Translations under genes and position numbers: made by a program
Shown here: positions 1 to 8,530 of the stretch, piece after piece
How positions within the stretch are numbered: position 1 is the stretch's first letter
How the letters are laid out: every line of letters begins with the position of its first letter
Source of the DNA: a virus
Lineage: Duplodnaviria; Caudoviricetes
Direction: 5' to 3' (one strand)
IMG/VR virus record: IMGVR_UViG_3300020366_000001
Span: 1 to 64,000 of that record
Length of the DNA: 64,000 bases
Notes under the pieces: generated by a model
Told to the model about the DNA's origin: nothing
The model's database searches: none
What the model saw: the letters and a program-made list of their open reading frames with translations, nothing else

Positions 1-580
1 GGATATTGTGTTCTGCTTGGAATACAAGCATATAGTTAAAAGTACCAGAGATACCAAGAGGCATAGCATCGGAGAAACTACCTTGACCGAAAGGATAAAC
101 GAGGAAGACAGCAGATGCTGCAGCGACAGGTGCGCTGTAAGCAACACAGATCCAGGGGCGCATACCCAGGCGGTAGGAAAGTTCCCACTCGCGACCCATA
201 TAAGCAAAGATACCAATCAGGAAGTGGAAGATAACCAGTTGGAAAGGACCACCGTTATACAACCATTCGTCAAGGGAAGCAGCTTCCCAGATGGGGTAGA
301 AGTGAAGACCAATTGCGTTGGAAGACGGGACAACAGCACCAGAGATGATGTTGTTACCATACATCAGAGAACCAGCAACGGGTTCACGGATGCCATCGAT
401 GTCCACAGGGGGAGCAGCGATGAAGGCGACGATAAAGCAGATGGTTGCTGCCAACAGAGTTGGGATCATCAGCACACCGAACCAACCGACATACAGACGG
501 TTGTTTGTAGAAGTTACCCACTCGCAGAACGATTCCCAAGTGGAAACGCCACCGCGTTGAGTAAGAGTTGAACTAGACAT
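1..580 (-). CDS. psbA: Photosystem II D1 protein (5' part, runs off the window)
   Basis: Manual translation from ATG at 580: [43 protein letters not shown]...QAEHNI; not in the ORF track. Confidence 0.99.
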   Translation of the reverse strand, partial: MSSSTLTQRGGVSTWESFCEWVTSTNNRLYVGWFGVLMIPTLLAATICFIVAFIAAPPVDIDGIREPVAGSLMYGNNIISGAVVPSSNAIGLHFYPIWEAASLDEWLYNGGPFQLVIFHFLIGIFAYMGREWELSYRLGMRPWICVAYSAPVAAASAVFLVYPFGQGSFSDAMPLGISGTFNYMLVFQAEHNI

Positions 581-599
581 TTGAAAAAGGGTTATGTAA

Positions 600-725
600 T
601 AGTGCGGGGAACACCGAATAAAATATTCCTGACCTACCCTCCAGGTCAGGTATTAGAGACGTGATTTATACTCCCTAGAGGTCTCGGTTTGAGGGGAGTC
701 CTTCGCGTTACATTCTGTAACTGAC
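600..725 (-). ncRNA. Structured psbA 5' leader, probably a PhotoRC-II-type motif
   Basis: Stem 628-635/643-650; crossing pairings 656-660/681-685 and 670-675/694-699; lies between promoter and psbA start. Confidence 0.65.
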
Positions 726-734
726 GAGATATTT

Positions 735-763
735 ATCTTAACAGTTCCGAGAATGGTTGTCAA
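735..763 (-). promoter_or_regulatory. Sigma70-like psbA promoter overlapping a TAAATA late-type element
   Basis: TTGACA-N17-TAAGAT running into ATAAATA on the minus strand. Confidence 0.7.
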
Positions 764-787
764 TACTACAAATTAGAGTATTTGTAC

Positions 788-2497
788 TCATTCTGAAACC
801 AGTCGGTCATCCTGAACGAAGTACACATAGTCTAACATACTGTTGCGGAGAGTGGAGAAAGCATCCTCTTTCGTGTGGACCAGTGCCTCTCCAGCAAGAT
901 TGAAACTGGTGTTCATAAGAATGGGACATCCAGTCTGAGCATAGAACTCTCTCAGAACGTCCGCCATATGCCCCTGTGAGACGGTCTGCATCCGACAAGT
1001 ACCATCCACGTGGATTACACCAGGAACCTCTTCTAGCGCCTTCTGGCGTGCTCTGAACGAGACAGTCATATTAGGTGCCTGTTTCAGACCCAGAGTCTCG
1101 AAGTATTCATCGAAGTGTTCTTCCAAGATGATGCCAGCAAAAGGTCTGTACCACTCACGTTTCTTGATCAGGTTCAGTTTGTCTTTAGCATCCTTCGATC
1201 TAGCATCAAACAAGATAGAACGGTGACCCAGTGCACGTGGACCTGCTTCAGGTTGACCATCGTACAACGCAACTGATCTACCAGTCGCTAGCAACCCAGC
1301 AATATCCGATGCAGTAGCAGGTTTACCCGTAGTAACTTCAGGTTGTGGCTCCAGGTGGTGGTAAAAAGTATCAGTAAGGGGTCTTTGGGTGGCATCTTGC
1401 GAGTTTAATTTGTACACATACATTGCAGCACCCCTAGAGTTACCTGTGTCATCAGCATTAGGTTCAAAATAGAAGTTGACATCAGGGTTTTGTTCTAACA
1501 AGTATGCGTTAGCAACAACATTCAAACCATAACCACCTGTGATAATCACATCGGTGACACCAGTTTGTCGTACGTACTTTTGAACAAGAGAATTCAACGC
1601 TTGCTGTGTCTGACGCTGCAAATTATTTGCCCAGTCAGCATATGGTTTATGATTCTCTTTCGTAACCTTATCTAGAATCTTGGCATTCTGAGTGGCAGGT
1701 GCCACCATCCAAGACTCGTGTGTCAAATACTGATCGATAGGTGTACTACCGATGAATAAGGGTGGGTACTGTTTGTTAGGATCTCCATAGGCAGCAAGAC
1801 CCATAGTCTTACCGTTCTCCATCGGTCCCTCTCCAATCATTGTGGTACCACTTTCATATACTTTAGTGATACCAAATCCACTCTTCAAAGAAACATCAGC
1901 ACCAGGATATTTTCCTTGAATCTTCTTCATCAAATCGAAGTATCCTTTAGTAGAATTCTTCTCTGTCCGTGGATTGGTAGGATTGCGCATCCAGAATGCT
2001 TTATGCAGTTCTTTAAATGCTGCAGGTTGTCTCATCAAATATACAGATTCACATTCTCTTCCAATCCATTCTGACATTGGGTAACCATTGTGATCAATCT
2101 CAACTGGTTCATCATCAGGATCATAGATTTGTGATCCATCACGATCGATCACAAACACCAGGGCAGTGTCAAACTTGGTGTTGTTGTATGCGTGGAAAGC
2201 GTGTGATAGATGATGACACGGAGTAAAGTCAATGAAATTATCAATCGGAATTCCACTCTTCTTGCATACGAAGCATCGAAATACATCGGTGCAGGCAGGG
2301 TGAGCAGTGGGGGATTGCATCACAGCATAATCAATCGGACCCTCTGCTGCTTCAATTGCCCGTTCGACTGCCATAAAGGGTTGCTTATCTCTCTTCTCTC
2401 GCGTATACCTTTCTTCTTTGGCAAAGTATTCCAACTCACCATCGTTGATGATACACACACTGGAGTCGTGGGCGACACTGAATCCTAAAATTCTCAT
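788..2497 (-). CDS. Carbamoyltransferase (NodU/CmcH/TobZ family)
   Basis: HDSS..EER, HHLSHA, GKTMGLAAYG, GPRALGHRSIL, REWYRPFA, HVDGTCR, NTSFN motifs. Confidence 0.93.
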   Translation of the reverse strand: MRILGFSVAHDSSVCIINDGELEYFAKEERYTREKRDKQPFMAVERAIEAAEGPIDYAVMQSPTAHPACTDVFRCFVCKKSGIPIDNFIDFTPCHHLSHAFHAYNNTKFDTALVFVIDRDGSQIYDPDDEPVEIDHNGYPMSEWIGRECESVYLMRQPAAFKELHKAFWMRNPTNPRTEKNSTKGYFDLMKKIQGKYPGADVSLKSGFGITKVYESGTTMIGEGPMENGKTMGLAAYGDPNKQYPPLFIGSTPIDQYLTHESWMVAPATQNAKILDKVTKENHKPYADWANNLQRQTQQALNSLVQKYVRQTGVTDVIITGGYGLNVVANAYLLEQNPDVNFYFEPNADDTGNSRGAAMYVYKLNSQDATQRPLTDTFYHHLEPQPEVTTGKPATASDIAGLLATGRSVALYDGQPEAGPRALGHRSILFDARSKDAKDKLNLIKKREWYRPFAGIILEEHFDEYFETLGLKQAPNMTVSFRARQKALEEVPGVIHVDGTCRMQTVSQGHMADVLREFYAQTGCPILMNTSFNLAGEALVHTKEDAFSTLRNSMLDYVYFVQDDRLVSE

Positions 2498-2521
2498 AAA
2501 AAGGGGGAGCGTGTGCTCCCC
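2498..2521 (-). terminator. Intrinsic terminator after hli
   Basis: GGGGAGC/GCTCCCC stem followed by a T tract on the minus strand. Confidence 0.7.
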
Positions 2522-2523
2522 AT

Positions 2524-2552
2524 AGTATATTCGATAAAATTATTTAGGTCAA
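2524..2552 (-). promoter_or_regulatory. Sigma70-like promoter with TAAATA in its spacer
   Basis: TTGACC-N17-TATACT. Confidence 0.55.
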
Positions 2553-2553
2553 G

Positions 2554-2661
2554 TCACCAGATGCCTGGGATGAGTTGTCCAGTTGTAGCGTAACTGCCGA
2601 TGGCAGCGATGACTCCGAGCATTGCTGCCCAACCATTAATGCGTTCTGCTTTTTCAGACAT
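2554..2661 (-). CDS. hli: High-light inducible protein (35 aa)
   Basis: Manual translation MSEKAERINGWAAMLGVIAAIGSYATTGQLIPGIW; AExxNGxxAMxG and TGQxIPG motifs. Confidence 0.95.
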   Translation of the reverse strand: MSEKAERINGWAAMLGVIAAIGSYATTGQLIPGIW

Positions 2662-2681
2662 TGTTTTATTGTGTAGGATGA

Positions 2682-2900
2682 TCAGATGCCGAAGGCACCA
2701 AAGAAAAAGAGACTACCAGTAGTAGCGTAAGAGATAACTGCTGCAACAAAACCAAGCATCGCAGTACGACCGTTCAGTTTTTCAGCACGCTCTGCATAGG
2801 TCTCATAACCATAACGTTCTGCTTCAGTACGATCCACATACATCTGTGGTTCCTTTGCAAACATATTCTGTTGTCCGAACTCGTTCGTTGTAACAGTCAT
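2682..2900 (-). CDS. hli: High-light inducible protein (long N-terminus type)
   Basis: AEKLNGRTAMLGF motif; start reassigned to MTVTTNE. Confidence 0.93.
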   Translation of the reverse strand: MTVTTNEFGQQNMFAKEPQMYVDRTEAERYGYETYAERAEKLNGRTAMLGFVAAVISYATTGSLFFFGAFGI

Positions 2901-2924
2901 AGAAGTTTTATTAACTTGTGTAAC

Positions 2925-2961
2925 ATTATATAGCAAAAAGAAGGGGGGCGTCAAGCCCCCC
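2925..2961 (-). terminator. Terminator hairpin overlapping a sigma70-like promoter for hli
   Basis: GGGGGC-TTGAC-GCCCCC plus T tract; TTGACG-N18-TATAAT. Confidence 0.65.
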
Positions 2962-2988
2962 ATCGTTAGGATTCCTTAACAATTCAGA

Positions 2989-3177
2989 TTAGTAATCCAA
3001 ATCATTGACAATACTCTCGCAAGTTTCTACGTTATCTCTGCAGAATTGTCGGACATAACCGTGGACATCAACCTCATACGTGTGATGAGCTTTAGTGTGA
3101 ATGAATTCAATAAAACCTAGTGTCCCTACAATTGATAGGTTCAGTAGGGTGAGAGGGTGCCAGAGATAGCGCATCAA
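2989..3177 (-). CDS. Small hypothetical membrane protein
   Basis: ORF with hydrophobic N-terminal segment between two terminators. Confidence 0.7.
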   Translation of the reverse strand: MMRYLWHPLTLLNLSIVGTLGFIEFIHTKAHHTYEVDVHGYVRQFCRDNVETCESIVNDLDY

Positions 3178-3198
3178 AAAAGGGGTCCGAAGACCCCT
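3176..3198 (-). terminator. Intrinsic terminator
   Basis: AGGGGTC-TTCG-GACCCCT plus TTTTT on the minus strand. Confidence 0.85.
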
Positions 3199-3223
3199 GT
3201 ATTATAGCACGTTGTCAAGTGGA

Positions 3224-3589
3224 TCAGAAGGAATACTTCAGACCCAACTTACCGCCCAGACCGAAATCATCTTCGTCTTCAGCAGTCAGGAAGGAGACTT
3301 CTCCATAGACTCCAAGCGCCTCGGTGACAGGCACTCCCAGACCTGCTTTACCAGAGAACTGGGTGTCAGTCTCTTCACCATCAACAGCGACGATCGCAGG
3401 ACCCGCTTGCACATAGTAGGAAGCAGCGCCCACTTCGCCTTCGTAACCCACGTGGATGTCAGTCGTCGTAGCGGTGTAATCATCGCCAACCCAACCAGCG
3501 TTTGCTTCCACGTTCACGAAGGGACCCGCAAAGGCAGCGGGGGCAGCCATAGTTGCGACTGCAGCAGCAGCGAATGCAGATTTGATCAT
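3224..3589 (-). CDS. Small secreted outer-membrane beta-strand protein
   Basis: Ala-rich signal peptide (AFA|G), amphipathic beta strands, C-terminal LGLKYSF. Confidence 0.75.
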   Translation of the reverse strand: MIKSAFAAAAVATMAAPAAFAGPFVNVEANAGWVGDDYTATTTDIHVGYEGEVGAASYYVQAGPAIVAVDGEETDTQFSGKAGLGVPVTEALGVYGEVSFLTAEDEDDFGLGGKLGLKYSF

Positions 3590-3645
3590 TTGTTTAATAC
3601 CTCTTAAGTGTGTAGTTTAGTTACTGTATTGTAACAGTTGGTTAT

Positions 3646-4086
3646 TTATGTAACCAACTTTTCAAAAATGTACGGATCTCTACCCCCGAAGGCGCGAGAC
3701 CCATCTTCTTTGAGACCGATATCGTAACATACGATACCATTTTCAGTCAAGTTGAAGAAGGATTCGACTTTGAATCCCCTGGCGGTGCAGCAAGCGCCGC
3801 CTTCTCCAACCCATTTCGTACCTGAGTACCTGCATATCATATCACAGTTTTCGTTTCTCGTCCAATCCTTTAAGAAATTCTGGACTATGACTGTGTTCTC
3901 ATCGATTGTATGCAGGCGATGCCAGCGCTCTCTATAGGGTTCTTCAGGTCTATGTACGTACCATTGCAGTACGTGGATGTCCCCATTACCAACGTCCTCG
4001 TATTTCAGACGAACGTGAGAGAATTTTGTAGGGTCACGGTGTGCTTGTTCCCAGTTGTCATATTCACCAAGAAGCCAGTCTCTCAC
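3646..4086 (-). CDS. cpeT: CpeT/CpcT-like phycobiliprotein lyase
   Basis: WLLGEYDNWEQA..P..F.HV, PYRER, D.G....G..FG motifs. Confidence 0.85.
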   Translation of the reverse strand: MRDWLLGEYDNWEQAHRDPTKFSHVRLKYEDVGNGDIHVLQWYVHRPEEPYRERWHRLHTIDENTVIVQNFLKDWTRNENCDMICRYSGTKWVGEGGACCTARGFKVESFFNLTENGIVCYDIGLKEDGSRAFGGRDPYIFEKLVT

Positions 4087-4667
4087 AGGTTTATGTTGAA
4101 ACTCACAATAATCTTATCGTGGTCAGATTCGTTACGTGTTGTCTCGTGCTCTAACCATCCTGGGAACAATAGTAGTGTACCCTCTTGCGGTTGAATGTCA
4201 ATGGACCCCGCTGTTTGGAATATCAAATCATCGTGATAAAGATGATTAATCAATGGACCCAGAGGATTGAAGAATGTAATCTCTCCCGCACCTTCTGGTT
4301 GCCTAAGATAGTACGCACCACTAATCATAGAATTAGAGTGCGAGTGTCTGGGAATGTACGATCCCTTATCATACGTAGTCCACCACGCTTGCTGAACATT
4401 AAAGTTCACCTGAGAACTGAACTGTCTATACGTTTGATAGATCGATCCCATAATGTGTTTCATCAGAGGATAGTATCTCTCTTCTTGAAACAAATTAAAA
4501 TCATAATAACAAGTGACACCGTGCTCACCTTTATTAAAGGTCTCAGTCTTGCCACCATATGTTAAAGATTCTCTATCCTTGTATATGGTGTCTATTACTT
4601 CAGTAAAAGACGGAGGTGATGTTGGAACCTCAAGGATAGAAAAGACATCTCTACTATGTTTCTTCAT
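4083..4667 (-). CDS. 2OG-Fe(II) oxygenase (TIGR02466-like)
   Basis: HSH..SMISGAYY, LLLFPGWLEH, IIVSFN. Confidence 0.85.
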   Translation of the reverse strand: MKKHSRDVFSILEVPTSPPSFTEVIDTIYKDRESLTYGGKTETFNKGEHGVTCYYDFNLFQEERYYPLMKHIMGSIYQTYRQFSSQVNFNVQQAWWTTYDKGSYIPRHSHSNSMISGAYYLRQPEGAGEITFFNPLGPLINHLYHDDLIFQTAGSIDIQPQEGTLLLFPGWLEHETTRNESDHDKIIVSFNINL

Positions 4668-5178
4668 TATCTACAGGTCTTAGGTCCAACCCTTCAGTCA
4701 TTGTGCTACCAATTACAAAATATTCTCTTATAGATTCAAACGGAAGGAAGTAAAACTCTCCTTCCGTTTTACCTTGATTCATCATTTTTACTAGGCGATG
4801 CTTACCATCGAGTAGTCTATACTCTTTCCCGTGAGGGTTGGATGCATTGGTAATGATGCCAGGATATTTTGTATTACAAGAGCGATACTTTTTACCAGCA
4901 CAACATATACAATTATATCCTCTTTGACTAGGATGTAAATCCATACCCCTATAAGCAATCACATCAAAGGGAAGTGTTACTATATTTTCGGGAACTAAGA
5001 GATGGGCAATGCTGACAATAGGCAGCACTACGTTTCCAGTTAAGTTAGGAAATTCTTTGGTGAATCTCCAGTCTCCCCATACGAGGTCATTTCCTCCAAT
5101 AGTAACTTTGAACTTTGGAGAAGTTGCCCAGTGATCTTGCTGCTTTAACTGTATTAGTTTAGCGTCGGCAGGATTCAC
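4654..5178 (-). CDS. ParB/Srx-like domain protein
   Basis: YPGII...YRLLDGKHRL motif. Confidence 0.55.
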   Translation of the reverse strand: MNPADAKLIQLKQQDHWATSPKFKVTIGGNDLVWGDWRFTKEFPNLTGNVVLPIVSIAHLLVPENIVTLPFDVIAYRGMDLHPSQRGYNCICCAGKKYRSCNTKYPGIITNASNPHGKEYRLLDGKHRLVKMMNQGKTEGEFYFLPFESIREYFVIGSTMTEGLDLRPVDNEET

Positions 5179-5519
5179 AGTGTGATGGTATCTGTACCCG
5201 AACCACCAGTGATAACATTATCACCAAAAGTAATCACATCATCGCCCCCAAGATTAAATTCAAAGGGAACTTCTTGTGCAGCATAGACGGGAGTGTTATA
5301 GAACTCACTACCAATGGCAGAGAATTCAACCTTAGGTTCTTCCTCTACGTGCTTGTGATTGTCAGCAATGTGACGAAGACCCAGATAATGACGCCACAGT
5401 TCAGCGAGCGTATTGGTTTCTTCGTTAGTATTCAGTCCGTGAATGACTGCCTCTTTAGCAGCATTGACGGCAGATTTGTATTTGGTGCAACTCATTTTAG
5501 TTAAAAACTCCACTTTCAA
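5175..5519 (-). CDS. Hypothetical protein
   Basis: ORF overlapping neighbours in the operon; start may be at MSCTK. Confidence 0.7.
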   Translation of the reverse strand: MKVEFLTKMSCTKYKSAVNAAKEAVIHGLNTNEETNTLAELWRHYLGLRHIADNHKHVEEEPKVEFSAIGSEFYNTPVYAAQEVPFEFNLGGDDVITFGDNVITGGSGTDTITL

Positions 5520-5730
5520 TAAGGTCTGCTTCTACCGAGTCAAGGATTACATTGTAATCATCCTCTGGATCATCGTAAAGTTGGACGCCACGATCTTCAT
5601 AGTAACGGATAAGTTTTTGGTAGAGACGAGGATACTCCTCATCCAACGTAACGTCACCAGAAACAGCAGCGGTCAACTTACTAATGTCAGATTTGAACTT
5701 AGTAGTAAAAGAGGACTTACGGACGGACAT
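5497..5730 (-). CDS. Hypothetical cyanophage protein
   Basis: ORF directly downstream of a consensus promoter. Confidence 0.75.
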   Translation of the reverse strand: MSVRKSSFTTKFKSDISKLTAAVSGDVTLDEEYPRLYQKLIRYYEDRGVQLYDDPEDDYNVILDSVEADLIESGVFN

Positions 5731-5751
5731 CGTTTTGAAATTTACAAGTGC

Positions 5752-5780
5752 ATTATAGGGTTAATTACCCGCTAAGTCAA
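5752..5780 (-). promoter_or_regulatory. Sigma70-like promoter
   Basis: TTGACT-N17-TATAAT. Confidence 0.8.
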
Positions 5781-5794
5781 GCGGGTACTATAAT

Positions 5795-6007
5795 TTAGCA
5801 ACCATCGTCGTGATTACTGTAAGTATTATACCACGTTTCATCGTCGGATATCCCTACAGATTCGGTTGCTTCTGCAAGATCTGCAGCAGGAACAGCAACA
5901 ACTGCTCGCCCATCAGGACGACGAATCATAAATGATTCGCCCTGTTCAATCCTTTCAATATAGTCATCAAAGTTTTTTTGAAACTCTGATTCAGTTACTT
6001 CAATCAT
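5795..6007 (-). CDS. Phd/YefM antitoxin-like protein
   Basis: MIEVTESEFQKNFDDYIERIEQGESFMIRRPDGRAVVAVP fits the Phd N-terminal pattern; acidic tail. Confidence 0.65.
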   Translation of the reverse strand: MIEVTESEFQKNFDDYIERIEQGESFMIRRPDGRAVVAVPAADLAEATESVGISDDETWYNTYSNHDDGC

Positions 6008-6210
6008 TTGAAACCTTTACTCTTCTTACTCTTGTCTAGTACATTAACGTGTGACAGGGTTTTGAGTTGTGCCCATTGAAACCAATGAGCACGCATCATT
6101 TCATAATCATCGAAGGTTACTGCTTTACCGTTCTTCAATACGATTTTGTAATCGTGCCTGTCATAACTTTTAGGACAGGTCTCGGTAAAACTACTTACTG
6201 TAGGTGTCAT
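6004..6210 (-). CDS. Hypothetical protein
   Basis: ORF coupled to neighbours. Confidence 0.7.
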   Translation of the reverse strand: MTPTVSSFTETCPKSYDRHDYKIVLKNGKAVTFDDYEMMRAHWFQWAQLKTLSHVNVLDKSKKSKGFK

Positions 6211-6874
6211 ACCCTAGGGAATCGTCGATGGTTTTCTGGACTGCAGACCAGTCTTTGTCGAACTGCGCTAGACCAGCGTCAGTCAAGACGTGATTATACA
6301 TCTTTTCAAAGATCTTCGGAGGCATTGTTACGATATGTGCACCGTTATAGAAGGACCGCGTGACCTTATACACATCCCGAATAGATGCTGAAAGGATCTG
6401 AGTCTTCACACCCTGTGCACAATACACACCAGAGATAGAACGAATGACTTCCACACCAGCAACACTGTTGTCATCACACCTACCCACAAAAGGAGAGACA
6501 TAAGTAGCACCTGCTTTGGCGGCAAGGATTGCTTGAGCAGCAGAGAAGATAAGAGTTACATTAGTTCTAATGCCAATCTCACTCAGTCTCCGACAAACAT
6601 TCAACCCTTCAGGAGTGCAAGGAAGTTTTACTGTACACACTTCCTTAAACTCAGCGTGCAATAGCATTGCTTCGTGGTACATCTGTTCTTCATCACCAAC
6701 AACTTCCATAGAAATGTCAGTGATACCGATGTCTGCCAGTTCGCGATAGACATCATAAGGATGACGACCACTCTTATAGATCAGCGTAGGATTGGTTGTT
6801 ACACCGTCAATTAATCCAGTCGCAAAGTGTTTTTTAATAACTTCCGTGTCAGCTGTGTCTAGAAAGATTTTCAT
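6191..6874 (-). CDS. talC: Transaldolase (TalC/FSA family)
   Basis: MKIFLDTAD, GVTTNPTL, VKLP, NVTLIFS, YVSPFVGR; start reassigned. Confidence 0.97.
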   Translation of the reverse strand: MKIFLDTADTEVIKKHFATGLIDGVTTNPTLIYKSGRHPYDVYRELADIGITDISMEVVGDEEQMYHEAMLLHAEFKEVCTVKLPCTPEGLNVCRRLSEIGIRTNVTLIFSAAQAILAAKAGATYVSPFVGRCDDNSVAGVEVIRSISGVYCAQGVKTQILSASIRDVYKVTRSFYNGAHIVTMPPKIFEKMYNHVLTDAGLAQFDKDWSAVQKTIDDSLGYDTYSK

Positions 6875-7505
6875 TGAATTCATCTTGATGGTTCCAAGTA
6901 TACCATAAATTACCTGATACGTAACCCTCGGGATCCCTTGCAGTGCAAAGGACATCAAAGGCAGCACTCACTCTAATTCCTTCAGACTTATATGCCCGAA
7001 CAGCGTGAGATATGTTAGGAGGAAACAACGTAAACTGCCCATAATAATTGGGAATGTCTACTTTATCACCGCCCAAAATGTATGTAGTGGAGGTCTCTGC
7101 ATCACCACCCAAAAATACATTTCCACTGACACTTTGCGGCAAGTCTGTGTAAGTATCGGGGACTCCGAAGTGTCGATGGGGAAATATTTTCTGGTCCATC
7201 CTGAGGATATTACCCCAGGATTTCATCTTGCATTCTTCTCCTTCATTCAGTCCAAGAAAATCTCCCACCATACTTTTCATATGGGGAAGACCAAATCGAT
7301 ACCATTCTTCTACATCACGAAACAGATTATAGCGCTCAATCTTACCAGTGATCTGAGTTGCAGGATATCCGAATGCCATATTTCCAGGCAGACTGAGGAT
7401 CGTTTGTTCAGACTCAATCAAAGATTCTCTAAGGATGTCAGCGACTTCCCTAGAAACATAATACTGTTTGATGCCGTATTGTGTAAGAATGCTATCGAGT
7501 TTCAA
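6849..7505 (-). CDS. 2OG-Fe(II) oxygenase-like protein
   Basis: SWGNIL..PHRH, VSGNVFL, LFPPNISHAV, RVSAAFD. Confidence 0.7.
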   Translation of the reverse strand: MKLDSILTQYGIKQYYVSREVADILRESLIESEQTILSLPGNMAFGYPATQITGKIERYNLFRDVEEWYRFGLPHMKSMVGDFLGLNEGEECKMKSWGNILRMDQKIFPHRHFGVPDTYTDLPQSVSGNVFLGGDAETSTTYILGGDKVDIPNYYGQFTLFPPNISHAVRAYKSEGIRVSAAFDVLCTARDPEGYVSGNLWYTWNHQDEFNENLSRHS

Positions 7506-7743
7506 AGTTCAGTTTCCTAATCTTGCGTTGGCGTCTGTTCTCTTGGAACTGACGATCTTCATTTGATAGTACACCTTTAGTTTGTTCTATCTTATCTTGG
7601 GAAACAATCACAACCATTGATAAATCTTCTGCTGTGATTGTAGATCCAGAGATGGTTGCTTTGTTGGGGCAACCACAAGTCTTAGTTTCGATTGTGTAAC
7701 TAGTTAGTTCAGTATTGCAACATTTGCATCTAATTGTGATCAT
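7492..7743 (-). CDS. Small Cys-rich (Zn-ribbon-like) protein
   Basis: IRCKCC...TCGCPN. Confidence 0.7.
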   Translation of the reverse strand: MITIRCKCCNTELTSYTIETKTCGCPNKATISGSTITAEDLSMVVIVSQDKIEQTKGVLSNEDRQFQENRRQRKIRKLNFETR

Positions 7744-8530
7744 TTTTCCATAGGAATGAGAAGGGACATTTAGACTCTTCCTCAACATCGTCCTTGATAA
7801 AGGACCAGGACTTTTTGGGTAACCAATTTTTAATGCCTTGGTTAGTCTTAAATCTTCTAGAGACTTCAGGTGGGATATCGATATCAGGATTACGTTTTAA
7901 AGTGTAAGTGTTATCTTTCGATCCACGGAATCTAACACAGTAGAGAGGTGTACCGCGTGGGATATCAACTTCGGTTGCGTGGCATCTGTATGCTCCATTA
8001 ATAGAACGATACCACCTACCTAGTGGGAACTCTGCTGCAATCAATTCCATTCCTGTTTTGTGGTGGAGATCAGGAAAAGGAACCATCTCTACCCACAAAT
8101 TTTTATTAGGTTTTTCTGGCCAGAACATCATACTCTGTGCCCATTGAATAACGAGGTATTCTTTGTAACTAATGGGAGCAGTTTTAGTCAAACCACTATC
8201 ATAAGATCCAATCTTTCCCTCTTGAACATAGATGTAATCTGCTGCTCTATTGCGAGGGAAACTAGATTCATACACAAGTCCATCAGACTTCTGCCACTTA
8301 AATGAAATGTCCAGTTGATTGAAAACTACAAAAGTATTACCCCAGTATTGCTTCCAAGCAGGACATTTAAAATAACTATGATCCTGATTCTGTTCTCTAG
8401 TGTACTCTAGATATGTAACAGGAGGTATATAGTACTCTGGTATGAATAAAGGGTGTCTGGTATCAGTCTGCTCAAGACTATTAGTTGCCTTGATAGTCTG
8501 GTAGTTTGGGTTGTAGATAATAGTAGTCAT
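7730..8530 (-). CDS. Hypothetical protein, paralogue 1 (possibly DUF6065/dUTPase-like fold)
   Basis: CPAWK.YW.N..VVFNQLD, RGTPLY..RF, C-terminal KCPF. Confidence 0.8.
   Translation of the reverse strand: MTTIIYNPNYQTIKATNSLEQTDTRHPLFIPEYYIPPVTYLEYTREQNQDHSYFKCPAWKQYWGNTFVVFNQLDISFKWQKSDGLVYESSFPRNRAADYIYVQEGKIGSYDSGLTKTAPISYKEYLVIQWAQSMMFWPEKPNKNLWVEMVPFPDLHHKTGMELIAAEFPLGRWYRSINGAYRCHATEVDIPRGTPLYCVRFRGSKDNTYTLKRNPDIDIPPEVSRRFKTNQGIKNWLPKKSWSFIKDDVEEESKCPFSFLWKNDHN

Noticed and set aside
8-571. 187-aa plus-strand ORF
   Set aside because: Antisense shadow of psbA
3200-3218. TTGACA and TATAAT on the minus strand
   Set aside because: Only 6 bp apart, so not a canonical sigma70 promoter
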